Part shown: positions 50,439 to 60,723 of the stretch, in pieces | How positions within the stretch are numbered: the first letter of the stretch is position 1 | Layout of the letters: each line of letters starts with the position of its first letter | From: Candidatus Eiseniibacteriota bacterium | Lineage (GTDB): Bacteria > Eisenbacteria > RBG-16-71-46 > CAIMUX01 > VGJL01 | Assembly (NCBI GenBank): GCA_963792585.1 | Contig: CAWBWI010000002.1 | Coordinates: forward strand, 32,001 to 96,000 | Direction of reading: 5' to 3' | DNA: 64,000 nucleotides | Made by a program: the position numbers and the translations under genes | The notes under the pieces: model-generated | Told to the model about the DNA's origin: nothing | The model's input: only the letters and a program-made list of their open reading frames with translations | Databases searched by the model: none

Positions 50439-50573
50439 GCCCGAGGGTGATTCCGGGCCGGCCGCTCTCCGGCGCCCCTCCGGATGCGGATCCACTGCGC
50501 GTCGGAGGAGCCCTGCGCCCTTCGGATCCGACGTCAACTCTGCTAGAATTCCTGGTCGTAGGTTGATCTTGCC

Positions 50574-52970
50574 ATGAATCCCGTCCAGGAGTCGGCTGCC
50601 ATGAGGTTTCGCATCCACGCCCTCTGGTTCTTCCTGTCGATGGGATCCGTCTATGCCGCATCCGCAGGCGCTGATGGGTTCGTCTCCAATCGCGGACAGC
50701 TCGAGCCGGCGATCCGTTACGCCGCTTCCTGCCGCGACTACTCGATCGGTTTTCGTGCCGATGGCCTCGTGGTCTGCCTGCGCGACCCGGGGAGCCCGCC
50801 ATTGTTCTCCCCGGGCGCGGACGAACGGGACGGCATCGTACCGTCGATTCCGGCGGGCTTCGTTCGTGCACATGCCGTCTGGATCGAGTTCGACGGAGCA
50901 TCCCCATCGTCTCGTGTCGTGGGGCGCGGTCGACGGCCCGAAGTCGCCGCGTTCATCCGGGGCAATCGCGCCGCGGATTGGATTTCGGGAGTCCCGGCCT
51001 TCGATGAGGTCGTCTATCACGATCTCTGGCCGGGGATCGCGCTCGTGTTTTCCATCGATGACGGCGCGCTCGTCTATCGCATCGAAGAGGGGCTGGGTGC
51101 CGATCCCGGAGCGGTGCGGTTTCACTATCGCGGCGCCGATCGAATCGAGGGAGAGACGGGGGGGATCGCGCGCATCCAGACGTCGGTCGGGGCGCTGATC
51201 GATGAGCGCACGTCTCGATCCGGCGGATGGATCCGACGCGAGGAGGCGGGCGATCCCGCGCCGCCGTACGGGCGCCCCCTTCGGGATGATCCATCGGCCC
51301 TGGGGTGGGGCGCGTACCTGGGTGGAACCCAGGGCGACTATGCGTACGGAGTCCTGCGTGGGGCCGCCGGGCGGCTGATCGTGACGGGAACCACTCTTTC
51401 ATCCGACTTTCCCGCGACGCCGGGCGCCTACGACATGTCGGCGAACGGAACTTGGGATGTCTTCGTCTCGGCGATCGATGCCGGGACGGGGGCGCTGCAA
51501 TGGAGCACCTTCCTCGGCGGAGGCGGCGCCGATCTGGCGCGCGCGATCGTGGAGGATGGCGCGGGAGACCTCCTGCTGACGGGCAAGACCGAGTCATTGG
51601 ACTTCCCCACGACCCCGGGGGCCTTCGACCGCACCTTCGGAGGAGCCGCGGATGTCTTCGTCGCCAAGCTCGACGCATCGGGCGACTCCCTCCGCTGGAG
51701 CACGCTTCTGGGCGCAGCCGACTACGAGATCGCCTTCGGGCTCGCAGCGGATCCGGCTGCGGGCGTGATCGTCGCCGGGTACACGCAGTCGTCGGGCTAT
51801 CCCACGACGCGCGGGGCCTTCGACGAGGTGTACAACGGGGGTTTCGATGTGTTCGTCACGAATCTCGACACCGCGGGGCACGCCCTGATCTGGAGCACGT
51901 TGCTCGGGGGCGGTAACGATGACCGCGCCTACGATCTCGCGCGCGATTCCGGTGGAAACCTCCTCCTGACCGCCTGGACCCAATCTCCCGATTTCCCCAC
52001 GACGGATGGCGCATACGACCAGACGTACAACGGCAGTTCCGACGTCTACGTCGCGAAGCTGAGCGGATCGGGCGACGCTCTGCTCTGGAGCACGTTCCTC
52101 GGTGGTGGGGATCTCGAGCGCGCCTACGGGGTCGCCATCGATCCTGCAGGCAATCCAACCGTCGCGGGGCTGGTCCACTCGTTCGATTTTCCCGTGACGC
52201 CCGGAGCGTTCGACGCCACCTACAACGGCGCCGGCGACGGCTTCGTGACGAAGCTCAGCAGTGACGGGGCCGCGCTGCTGTGGAGCACGTTCCTGGGCGG
52301 CCAGGGAGAGGATCAGCTCCACGACATCGGCCTCGACGGGGGCGGCCACCCCGTCGTGACCGGCAGTTCTATCTCCGCGGACTACCCGATCACGATCGGT
52401 TCGTTGGACGGTTCGGCGAACGGGGGCGGGGACGCGGTCGTGACGGTGCTGGAGCCGGGCGGAGGCACGCTACGTTCCAGCACCTATCTGGGGGGAGGTC
52501 TTTTCGACAACGGCAATGCCCTGGTTGCCGGTGAAGGCAATGACGTCTTCGTGGTCGGGGAGACGGAATCGCTCGACTTTCCGACGACACCCGGAGGCGC
52601 CGACTCATCAGCCAACGGCCAGCTGGATGGGTTCGCCGTCCGCTTGGGCATGATGGCCGTTTCCGGAATCGCGAACGAAGGTCCGCATCCCCGCCCCGCG
52701 TCGCTGCTGATTCACCCCAATCCGTTCCGCGTGGAGACCCGGATCTTCGCGCGCCTGCCGGTCGAATGCCGCGCGCGCGGGCAGGTGATCGACGCGGCGG
52801 GTCGCGTCGTTCGCGTCCTCGCCGTCGCCCGCCTTCAGGAAGCGGGTCTTCATCAGTGGATCTGGGACGGACGGGACGACTTCGGGAGACCGCTCCCCAC
52901 GGGGGTCTACTTCTTCCGTCCGGATGCCGGTCCGTGGCATCGGGGACGTTCGATCACGTTACTTCGATGA
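50574..52970 (+). CDS. SBBP-repeat seven-bladed beta-propeller protein with FlgD-like C-terminal domain
   Basis: FVSNRGQ; 7x WST[FLY]LGG-type units with S.DFPTTPGAFD; HPNPF...WDGRD...TGVYF; start 50574 or 50601. Confidence 0.88.
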   Translation: MNPVQESAAMRFRIHALWFFLSMGSVYAASAGADGFVSNRGQLEPAIRYAASCRDYSIGFRADGLVVCLRDPGSPPLFSPGADERDGIVPSIPAGFVRAHAVWIEFDGASPSSRVVGRGRRPEVAAFIRGNRAADWISGVPAFDEVVYHDLWPGIALVFSIDDGALVYRIEEGLGADPGAVRFHYRGADRIEGETGGIARIQTSVGALIDERTSRSGGWIRREEAGDPAPPYGRPLRDDPSALGWGAYLGGTQGDYAYGVLRGAAGRLIVTGTTLSSDFPATPGAYDMSANGTWDVFVSAIDAGTGALQWSTFLGGGGADLARAIVEDGAGDLLLTGKTESLDFPTTPGAFDRTFGGAADVFVAKLDASGDSLRWSTLLGAADYEIAFGLAADPAAGVIVAGYTQSSGYPTTRGAFDEVYNGGFDVFVTNLDTAGHALIWSTLLGGGNDDRAYDLARDSGGNLLLTAWTQSPDFPTTDGAYDQTYNGSSDVYVAKLSGSGDALLWSTFLGGGDLERAYGVAIDPAGNPTVAGLVHSFDFPVTPGAFDATYNGAGDGFVTKLSSDGAALLWSTFLGGQGEDQLHDIGLDGGGHPVVTGSSISADYPITIGSLDGSANGGGDAVVTVLEPGGGTLRSSTYLGGGLFDNGNALVAGEGNDVFVVGETESLDFPTTPGGADSSANGQLDGFAVRLGMMAVSGIANEGPHPRPASLLIHPNPFRVETRIFARLPVECRARGQVIDAAGRVVRVLAVARLQEAGLHQWIWDGRDDFGRPLPTGVYFFRPDAGPWHRGRSITLLR

Positions 52971-53022
52971 AAGCGCGACATCCGTTCGCGCACTCTGTCC
53001 CGATGGAGTCTCGCCGCTCGGA

Positions 53023-53976
53023 CTAACCGCCGGCGGGTGTCGGGTGTCTGCTCGCCTCCGTCCGTGAGAGGGCCTCTCGGCACGCCGGCGCTTGCGGGTT
53101 GGCCGGCCACATGTCGAGAGCGCGGCGCAGGTGATCGGTTGCGGCCGTGTCTCCGAGTTGCTCCTCGATCAAGCCCAGTTGGCTCAGGATGCGCGCGATC
53201 GCCGGGTCCCGGTCGAGCTGTTGGCGGATCGACTCGATGTCATAGCGTGCGAGATCCTCAGCGGATGGTCCTCTCGCGAGCGTTGCCTCGATATCACGGA
53301 CAACCACGGGGTCCTCGGTGATCGACTCCTTCGACGCCACGAGCATGTTTCGATAGGAGGTCATCGGATCCTCCCAAGCGCGCAGCGCCGCGCGGAATTC
53401 TTCGCGCGCGCCGGACAGATCACCGGCGGCCTCCCGGATCTCCCCGAGGCGGGCGTGGATCACCTCCGCTTTGAATCCCGCGGCGAGGGCTTCGTTGTAG
53501 TAGCCGATCGCCGTCGACGGCTCTCCCTTCTTGAAGTGGATCTCGGCGATGTTGTAGAGGATCGTGCCGCGCTGGCGCGTCTCCGTGGTCAGAGCATCGC
53601 GGAGCAACCGTAGCCCTTCGTCGAATCGGCCCAACTGCCCGTAAACGACGGCCGCGTTGACCCGTGCCGGCACGTGGTCCGGATGAGCTCTCAGCGCCCG
53701 TTCGTACCAGCCGAGGGCCGCGGGGAAGTTCTTGTCCCGAACGCAAGCGTTTCCGCGATCCGCGTAGGAGATCGCCTCCGCCTTCGCGCCCGGATGAGAG
53801 AGGGCCTCGAGCCACGGCGGATCGAAGAGCGAGACGACGGCGAAAGCCATCAGGAAGGTCCAGATTCCCAGCAGGATCCACAGGACGAGATCTCGACCAC
53901 CGCCGGTGTGAGCGGGTGGGGCAGGGCCGCCGGCCGCGCGAGGGTCAGCAGGTGGTGTGGATGACGAAGAGGACAT
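53023..53976 (-). CDS. Membrane-anchored TPR protein
   Basis: One TM, then YERAL..P, NAAVVYGQLG, YNIAEI TPR units. Confidence 0.8.
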   Translation of the reverse strand: MSSSSSTPPADPRAAGGPAPPAHTGGGRDLVLWILLGIWTFLMAFAVVSLFDPPWLEALSHPGAKAEAISYADRGNACVRDKNFPAALGWYERALRAHPDHVPARVNAAVVYGQLGRFDEGLRLLRDALTTETRQRGTILYNIAEIHFKKGEPSTAIGYYNEALAAGFKAEVIHARLGEIREAAGDLSGAREEFRAALRAWEDPMTSYRNMLVASKESITEDPVVVRDIEATLARGPSAEDLARYDIESIRQQLDRDPAIARILSQLGLIEEQLGDTAATDHLRRALDMWPANPQAPACREALSRTEASRHPTPAGG

Positions 53977-55208
53977 TCTTTCCCTGCCGTTTGAGTTGAT
54001 TGTAGCGATCGCACGCTTCCGCAGTCGGGAGGATGATGACCTGGGTGCCGACCTTGGTGTACTTGTTGTAGACGAACTGGCTGCCTCTCTGCAGCTGAAA
54101 GCCCCTGCCCCCAAGTCCCTGATATCCCGAACCGATCAGAACGACGTCTGCGCGCTGGCGATTGAGGAATTCCTCGATCCCGCGCATTGAAGTAGTGTTT
54201 CTTGTCCACGAGACGGAAGCCGCCTTCCGGGAAGAGCATCACATCGAAGAACGGAATCGGTATCCCCTTGTAGACCGTGAGCCCATAGCGGTGCGCCGCA
54301 ATCCCGTCGTCGCGATGACGGAAGATCTGGATCGCTCCCGCGAGGACGCTGATGACGGCGAGCGCGAGCATTGCTCGTCCGATCAGGCGGAACTGGCTGA
54401 GGTGCAACAGCAGAAAGAAGGCGAGGGACGAGACGATGGTGAGCGCGAGGACGCCCCAGGTGTAGCCGACGTCGGCGAGTAGAGAACTGAATCCGAGAAG
54501 GAAGAGGGCGGAGGCGGTTATCAGGACCCAGACGCTCGGCGCGTGATCGAAGTATGCTCTCAGCGACGGTCGCCGGATCCGCCTCCACTTTCCGCCCGCA
54601 AGCTCCTTGTGCTCCTTCGCGATGAGGAGCGCGGTGATCCCCGTCAGCGCCCCCCAGGCATCCTTGCCGATGTCGCTCATGTCGAAGATCCGGCTCGTGA
54701 TCGCGAGCTGCAGACCTTCGTCGAACGCCGAGTAGAGAATGGCCAGACCGAATGTCGTGAGCAGAATGCGGGCGAGTGGGCGGCCCTTGGACGTCAGATC
54801 CCGGTATGCCAGGAGGGCGAAGATGCCATAGGCGATGTAGTGCCAGTTGACCTGCAGTTCATAGAACCTGTGCCCGAAGTAGAAATCCGTGATCTGTTGG
54901 GCCAGGGCGATCATGGCCACGGCGGCTGCGGCGGCGATCAGGCGCCGGCGGGTCAGCTTCGGCCGGAATGTCCACAGCAACGCGGCGACGAGGGCGGCCG
55001 CCACCGTCGGCACGATGGGGATCGCGAGACCCCCAACCGAGAATGTGGAGAGCGACAGCTTGCCGATCGCGCTCTGCAGGAAGTTGCGGAGCATGATGAA
55101 CGGCGTCGCGACGAGGAGGAGGCTGTAGAGCGTCAGCTGGACCCGCGGAGAGTGAATCCCGCGGGGCAGCGAGGGACGGCCCGATTGTCCGATCTTACGG
55201 CGACCCAT
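53945..55208 (-). CDS. VanZ-like multipass membrane protein with Mth938-like C-terminal domain, frameshifted at ~54175
   Basis: HYIAYG, DEGLQ...SRIFDMSD; after the shift VVLIGSG...TAEACDRYN...IHTTC. Confidence 0.7.
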
Positions 55209-55238
55209 CGTGCTCCATTAGGCAATGCAACACAGACA

Positions 55239-55267
55239 ATTATACGCGCCGCGGGGACCGTGTTCAA
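55239..55267 (-). promoter_or_regulatory. Sigma70 promoter
   Basis: TTGAAC-17 nt-TATAAT on minus strand. Confidence 0.7.
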
Positions 55268-55422
55268 GGCGCGCGCCCGATCTTCTGACAGGAGATGGGA
55301 GATGACCCCTGCCGTATGGATCGGACGGTGCAGGAATGATCGTGAATGAATCGCGACCTTGCGAACGAAGGAGCGGAAACAGCCGGGGCGGACCGCCGGT
55401 AGGCGCTCCGCCCCGTCATCTC

Positions 55423-55506
55423 TGCGGAAGGGGGGATTTGAACCCCCACGAGGGAACCCTCGCTGGACCCTGAACCCAGTGCGTCTACCAGTTCCGCCAC
55501 TTCCGC
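55423..55506 (-). tRNA. tRNA-Leu(CAG)
   Basis: GCGGAAG/CTTCCGC acceptor, CAG anticodon, long variable arm, GTTCAAATC; no encoded CCA. Confidence 0.95.
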
Positions 55507-55548
55507 GCATCGCGTCCCAAATGAATGGGTTTCGCGGACCGAAGTGCT

Positions 55549-55577
55549 ATGCTATCCACTCGTTACCAGGGAGTCAA
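55549..55577 (-). promoter_or_regulatory. Promoter for tRNA-Leu, divergent from smpB
   Basis: TTGACT-17 nt-TAGCAT on minus strand. Confidence 0.6.
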
Positions 55578-55589
55578 GCGGAGGTCTCG

Positions 55590-56078
55590 ATGCCCGTGCC
55601 GAGTTCCGGCGCCGCGCCGGAAGCGATCAAAAGCGTCGTCGTCAACCGCCGGGCGCGGTTCGACTACTTCATCCTCGACAAGGTCGAGGCGGGGATCGCC
55701 TTGCGCGGCACCGAGGTCAAGAGCATCCGCAACGGCAAGGTCAACCTGGGCGATGCGTATGCGCAGATCGAGGACGGCGAGGCCTGGCTGCTCCAGATGC
55801 ACGTGAGCCCCTACGAACAGGGGAACCGCAACAACCACGATCCCCTGCGGCGCCGCAAGCTCCTCATGCACCGACGTCAGATCCTGAAGCTCAAGCAGGC
55901 GACGCAGGAGAAGGGCTTGACCCTGATCCCCCTGGCCCTCTACTTCAAGGGGAGCCACCTCAAGGTAGAGCTAGGCCTGGCGAAGGGAAAGCGGCATCAT
56001 GACCGGCGGGAGGATGTGGCGCGCAGGGATGCGGAACGCGAAATCCAGAGGGCGCGGCGTGGCGATCGGGGCGATTAG
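55590..56078 (+). CDS. smpB: SsrA-binding protein
   Basis: NRRARFDY, EAGIALRGTEVKS, RKLLMH, GLAKGK. Confidence 0.97.
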   Translation: MPVPSSGAAPEAIKSVVVNRRARFDYFILDKVEAGIALRGTEVKSIRNGKVNLGDAYAQIEDGEAWLLQMHVSPYEQGNRNNHDPLRRRKLLMHRRQILKLKQATQEKGLTLIPLALYFKGSHLKVELGLAKGKRHHDRREDVARRDAEREIQRARRGDRGD

Positions 56079-57507
56079 GCGCTTCCTCATCGTTCTCTGT
56101 AGCTCCGCGCTCGGCATTGCGGTGGCGGGGGCTGCCGACTTCAACCCCGATTCGGTCCTCGTGGTCGTGCCGGGCGATGGTCGCCAGCAGCAGCCGGTCC
56201 CGGTCGTCGAGAGGGGAACGACTGCCTACGTTCCCCTCGGGGCGCTCGCCCGCGCGCTCGGGGTCCCCTTCGCGTGGGATCCCTTTGCGTACAGAGGTTG
56301 GATCGCGACCGACTCCGTCCGAACGACCTTCACCCTCGACAGCCCCGTTCTCACCCACGGTGGGGATCTGATCCAGCTCGCGGCCCCGCTCGGTTACGGG
56401 GAACGCGGCCTACTCATCCCGGTCGACTACCTGCAGGTGCTGACGGAGCGCTGGCATGGAAATCGGACCGTCGCTTGGCGTCCCCAGCGATCGATCTTCT
56501 ACTGGGGAGCCGATGCGCCGGCCACGAAGCAGGTCCGGTTGAGCGAGATCGGCCACCACACGGAACTCAGGCTGATGGCTCCGCGCGCGCCCGCGAGCGA
56601 CGTCTTCTGGTCGCCCGCCGCGGGGCTCGATGTGGTGATCACCGGACTGGCCCCCCATCCGGAGAGTCTCGACATCGGTCCGCCTCGGGGGGTCTTCGCG
56701 ATCCGCGAGGTGCGCGGCTGGCCGGGAGGGGGGCGCATCCTCGTCGATGTCGGGGCCCAGGCCCTCGGGGCGGATGTAGGTTACGACGCGGGGGAGCATG
56801 TTTGGGAACTGACCGGGACGACCTCCCGGGATGAGGTGGACAAGGGAGGATTCCGACCGCTTCAGCCAGCGGATCGTCCCGAGGCGGGCTCCCTGCAAGG
56901 GCCGATCCTCGTGACCTGTTTCGTCGATCCTGCAATCGACCCCGCGGAGGGGGTGACGGCCCTCTCGGATCTTGCCGATCGGATCGTCCGCACACTGTCC
57001 GACACGCTCATGGTGCCGGCCGAGTTCATACCTTCGGTCCGTCCGCTCGATGACGTGGCGCGCGCCAACGCCGCGCACGCCCGCTGTCTCATCGGGCTGC
57101 GGCTCGACCGCTACGGAACGGGCGTGGGCGCCCTGCAGATCTGGGCCGCGGCACCAAGGCTTCGATGGGAGCCCCTGGAGCGGGCCAATGCGACGACACG
57201 CCGGCCCATGCTCTGGAGCGAGGCGCCCGCGCTCTCGCGGGCCGAGTCGAACCGCATCGCCTCGAGCCTCGCATCCCACATCGAGTCGCTGCTCGGTAGC
57301 GGCAAGATCGACGTGGGGAGCCGGCCTTCGCGCTGGCTCGAAGGGACCACGATGCCCGCCCTCCTGATCTATCCCGCTCAACTGAACGACCCGATCTCGC
57401 TCGAACGGTTGATGAACTTCGGTCAACGGGCGGGACTTGCGCGCGCGATCAGCTTCGCGATCGCCGAGGCGCTCACTGCCAGCTCGTACATCGAGGCGAC
57501 GCCGTGA
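56059..57507 (+). CDS. Exported Amidase_3 (AmiC-like) homologue lacking catalytic residues
   Basis: Signal peptide; TAYVPL N-domain; ARANAAHARCLIGL, MPALLI; position upstream of GerMN-murI. Confidence 0.6.
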   Translation: MAIGAIRRFLIVLCSSALGIAVAGAADFNPDSVLVVVPGDGRQQQPVPVVERGTTAYVPLGALARALGVPFAWDPFAYRGWIATDSVRTTFTLDSPVLTHGGDLIQLAAPLGYGERGLLIPVDYLQVLTERWHGNRTVAWRPQRSIFYWGADAPATKQVRLSEIGHHTELRLMAPRAPASDVFWSPAAGLDVVITGLAPHPESLDIGPPRGVFAIREVRGWPGGGRILVDVGAQALGADVGYDAGEHVWELTGTTSRDEVDKGGFRPLQPADRPEAGSLQGPILVTCFVDPAIDPAEGVTALSDLADRIVRTLSDTLMVPAEFIPSVRPLDDVARANAAHARCLIGLRLDRYGTGVGALQIWAAAPRLRWEPLERANATTRRPMLWSEAPALSRAESNRIASSLASHIESLLGSGKIDVGSRPSRWLEGTTMPALLIYPAQLNDPISLERLMNFGQRAGLARAISFAIAEALTASSYIEATP

Positions 57508-58073
57508 GGCGCCTGCTCTGGATCGGGGCCGCGGTCGCCGTCCTCGTGGCGGGCTTCTTCATCGTACGCGGGCTGGGCATTCTCGCGGGCCAGCTGCCGG
57601 AGATCGGCGGCGGGAAAGGCCCGGCCCCTGGAGCGTCGATGCGGATGGTTCGTCTCTACTTCGGCGCGCGGGATCATGTCGCGCTGGTGGGCGAGGATCG
57701 CGCGATCCAGGATCCCGGAGCGGACGACCGACTCGTCGAGGCCATCGTTCGCGAGGTGTTCAAGGGGTCCGCGACCGGGGTCTGCGGGCTTTCCAGGGAG
57801 ACTCGCGTGCGCGCTTTCTACCGCGCGCCGGACGGAACGGGATACCTCGACCTCTCCTCGGAGTTCCTCTCCCGATGGCCGCAGGGGGACGGTTACGAGT
57901 GGGTGAGCCTCGCCGCCCTCGTCCGCTCGATCACGGAGAATGTGCCCTCGATTCGCTGCGTCCAGATCCTCGTGAACGGGCAGGTCGTCGATCGCACTCC
58001 CGGCTCGATCCCGCTCGATCTGCCCCTCGAGGCCGACGGCTTCGGCGCGATGACCCCGGAGGTGAGCCGATGA
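57504..58073 (+). CDS. GerMN-domain protein
   Basis: TM anchor; VRLYF, YLDLSSEF, LVRSITEN, VQILVNG. Confidence 0.85.
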   Translation: MRRLLWIGAAVAVLVAGFFIVRGLGILAGQLPEIGGGKGPAPGASMRMVRLYFGARDHVALVGEDRAIQDPGADDRLVEAIVREVFKGSATGVCGLSRETRVRAFYRAPDGTGYLDLSSEFLSRWPQGDGYEWVSLAALVRSITENVPSIRCVQILVNGQVVDRTPGSIPLDLPLEADGFGAMTPEVSR

Positions 58074-58924
58074 CAGCGCCTGTGCCGCCGGCGGCCGTCG
58101 ATCCGCGCGAGCGGCCGATCGGCGTGTTCGACTCGGGGATCGGAGGGCTGACCGTCGTTCGTGAAATGCTCGCGCAGCTGCCCGCCGAGCACGTCCTCTA
58201 CTTTGGTGATTCGGCCCGCGTGCCGTACGGAAGCAAGTCGCCCGAGACGGTCACGCGCTTCTCGATCGAGAACACCCACTTCCTTCTGCGTCGCGGAATC
58301 AAGTTCCTGGTCGTCGCCTGCAACACGGCGAGCGCCATCGCCCTGCCGGTTCTCGCCCGCCGGTTCGAGATTCCCCTGATCGGCGTGATCGCCCCCGGGG
58401 CCCGCGAGGCCGTTCGGCTCACGCGCAACAAGAGGATCGGCGTCATTGGAACCACGGGCACGGTCGGCTCGAAGGCCTACGAGACGGCGATCGCCGGACT
58501 GGACCCCGCATGCACGGTCGATGCCGTCGCCTGTCCGCTCTTCGTTCCACTGGCGGAGGACGGGTGGACGGAGGGGGATGTGCCGCGCCGGATCGCGAAG
58601 ACCTATCTCGAACCATTGATTCAGAAGGGCGTCGACACGGTGATCCTGGGCTGCACGCACTATCCGATTCTGCGGCCCGTCATCGCCGAGGCGCTGGGTC
58701 CATCGATCACCCTGGTGGATACGGCACAGTCCACGGTCGGCGAAGCGCGGGAACGCCTCGAGGCCCTCGGCCTGCTCCGCGATGAGCCCGGCACGGGCGA
58801 GCGTCGATTCTTTCTGAGCGATGTTCCGGCCCGCTTCGCCGAGACCGGCGGGCGGTTCCTCGGCACGGCGATCGACGATCTGACGTGGGTCGAGCAGTCC
58901 GATCTTCCCTGGTACGAACGATAG
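58070..58924 (+). CDS. murI: Glutamate racemase
   Basis: IGVFDSGIGGLTV, PYG, VACNTAS, LGCTHYP. Confidence 0.97.
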   Translation: MTAPVPPAAVDPRERPIGVFDSGIGGLTVVREMLAQLPAEHVLYFGDSARVPYGSKSPETVTRFSIENTHFLLRRGIKFLVVACNTASAIALPVLARRFEIPLIGVIAPGAREAVRLTRNKRIGVIGTTGTVGSKAYETAIAGLDPACTVDAVACPLFVPLAEDGWTEGDVPRRIAKTYLEPLIQKGVDTVILGCTHYPILRPVIAEALGPSITLVDTAQSTVGEARERLEALGLLRDEPGTGERRFFLSDVPARFAETGGRFLGTAIDDLTWVEQSDLPWYER

Positions 58925-58940
58925 GAAGGACCCTGAATCG

Positions 58941-59732
58941 ATGAGCGACGAGACGATTCCCGCCTCGGCGGGAGAGACGAAGCCTGCCGTGCGGCGCGCC
59001 GACGGGCGAACGCCGGCTGCCCTGCGAAAGGTTCAGATCGTGCGCGGGGTCGCGCGTCTGGCCGAAGGGTCCGCTTGGATCCGGCTCGGCAACACGCAGG
59101 TCCTCTGCACCGTCACCGTGGACGAGCGTCTCCCCAATTGGATGCGGGGGAGCAAGGGGCAGGGCTGGATCACGGCGGAGTACGGGATGCTCCCGCGGGC
59201 CGTGCCCGAGCGCGCGGCGCGGGGACGCGTGTCGGGCCGTTCCTTCGAGATCCAGCGATTGATCGGCCGCTGCCTTCGCGCCGCCGTCGATCTGCGCGCG
59301 ATGGGGGAGCGGATGATCACGGTCGACTGCGACGTCCTCGATGCGGACGGCGGGACCCGGGTCGCCTCGATCACCGCCGGCTGGGTCGCCCTCTATGACT
59401 GCTTCGAGCGGATGCGCGCGGCGAAGCAGATCAGTGGCAACCCCCTGAAGAACAGGATCGCCGCCGTGAGCGTCGGCCTGGTGGACGGTGCGGGCCTCCT
59501 CGATCTCTGTCACACGGAGGATTCGCGGGCCCAGGTGGATCTCAACATCGTCGGCACCCTGGATGGGAAGCTCGTCGAGATCCAGGGGGCGGCCGAAGGG
59601 GAGCCGTTCGAGGAGTCGGACGTCCGGCAGTTGATCCGGATCGCGCGGCGCGGTCTGGCGGGGATGTTCCGCGCGCAGGAGAAGGCGATCGCGCGGCCGG
59701 GTCGGCCGGGCATCGACCTGCCGGGGCGCTGA
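58941..59732 (+). CDS. rph: Ribonuclease PH
   Basis: RADGR, AEGS, GWITAEYGMLPR, EIQRLIGR, ADGGTR. Confidence 0.96.
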   Translation: MSDETIPASAGETKPAVRRADGRTPAALRKVQIVRGVARLAEGSAWIRLGNTQVLCTVTVDERLPNWMRGSKGQGWITAEYGMLPRAVPERAARGRVSGRSFEIQRLIGRCLRAAVDLRAMGERMITVDCDVLDADGGTRVASITAGWVALYDCFERMRAAKQISGNPLKNRIAAVSVGLVDGAGLLDLCHTEDSRAQVDLNIVGTLDGKLVEIQGAAEGEPFEESDVRQLIRIARRGLAGMFRAQEKAIARPGRPGIDLPGR

Positions 59733-60331
59733 TGAAGATCGTCCTGGCAACCGGCAACCTCGACAAGATACGCGAGCTGCGTCACGCCCTCGACGGTTTG
59801 GCCATCGAGATTCTGACGCGGGACGACTTCCCGGGCATTCCGGAGACGATCGAGGACGGGGCGACGCTGGACGCGAACGCCCTCAAGAAGGCGCGGGAAC
59901 TCTGCGAGGCGACCGGTCTGCCGGCGGTGGCCGACGACACCGGCCTCGAGGTCGACGCATTGAACGGGGAGCCCGGGGTCTATTCGAGCCGTTTCGCGGG
60001 GCCGGGCGCGACCTATGCGGACAACGTGAATCTGTTGTTGAAAAGGATGGAGGGGGTCCCCGAGAAAGCGCGGAGGGCGCAATTCCGTTGTGTGATCGCG
60101 CTTGTGGAGCCCGCCGGGGCGGAGATCCTGGTTGAAGGGGTCTGCGAGGGACGGATCCTGACGGAGGCGCGGGGAGACGAGGGCTTCGGCTACGACCCGA
60201 TCTTTCTGGTGCCGTCGTTCGGACGGACGTTCGCCGAGATGAGCGTGGCTGAAAAGGACGGGATCAGTCACCGCGGGCGCGCGATGGCGCGCATGCGACG
60301 CCTTCTGGAGGAACGCTTCCTGCTTTCGTAA
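59732..60331 (+). CDS. rdgB: RdgB/HAM1 non-canonical purine NTP pyrophosphatase
   Basis: ATGN..K, ADDTGL.VDAL.G.PGVYS, GFGYDPIF, SHRGRA. Confidence 0.96.
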   Translation: MKIVLATGNLDKIRELRHALDGLAIEILTRDDFPGIPETIEDGATLDANALKKARELCEATGLPAVADDTGLEVDALNGEPGVYSSRFAGPGATYADNVNLLLKRMEGVPEKARRAQFRCVIALVEPAGAEILVEGVCEGRILTEARGDEGFGYDPIFLVPSFGRTFAEMSVAEKDGISHRGRAMARMRRLLEERFLLS

Positions 60332-60333
60332 GG

Positions 60334-60410
60334 TGGCGCGCCCGGAGGGGATCGAACCCCCGACCCGCGGATTAGAAATCCGCTGCTCTATCCGACTGAG
60401 CTACGGGCGC
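60334..60410 (-). tRNA. tRNA-Arg(TCT)
   Basis: Cloverleaf, TCT anticodon, encoded CCA. Confidence 0.95.
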
Positions 60411-60440
60411 GCGAGCGCGGGCCGAAGAGGATGGAAAAGG

Positions 60441-60517
60441 TGGGGTGGGTAGCGGGGCTTGAACCCGCGACACCTGGAACCACAATCCAGTGCTCTACCA
60501 ACTGAGCTATACCCACC
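60441..60517 (-). tRNA. tRNA-His(GTG)
   Basis: Cloverleaf, GTG anticodon, G-1:C73, encoded CCA. Confidence 0.95.
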
Positions 60518-60541
60518 GCCGATTCGTCCTGGGAGTGTCCG

Positions 60542-60615
<74 letters not shown>

Positions 60616-60723
60616 TTAATCTGTCTGCCAGGGGGCAGATGGGATCCTACGGTAGGTGGCTTCGCATTGACAAGGGGGTCGGAACCGGCTTTCCTGGGGG
60701 TCGCCGGAGAGGAAGGAAACCAA

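Noticed and set aside
49020..52600. DNA repeats in the CHRD and SBBP genes as a possible CRISPR array or DGR template/variable pair
   Set aside because: They are in-frame protein domain repeats with synonymous variation; no spacers, cas genes or reverse transcriptase in the window.
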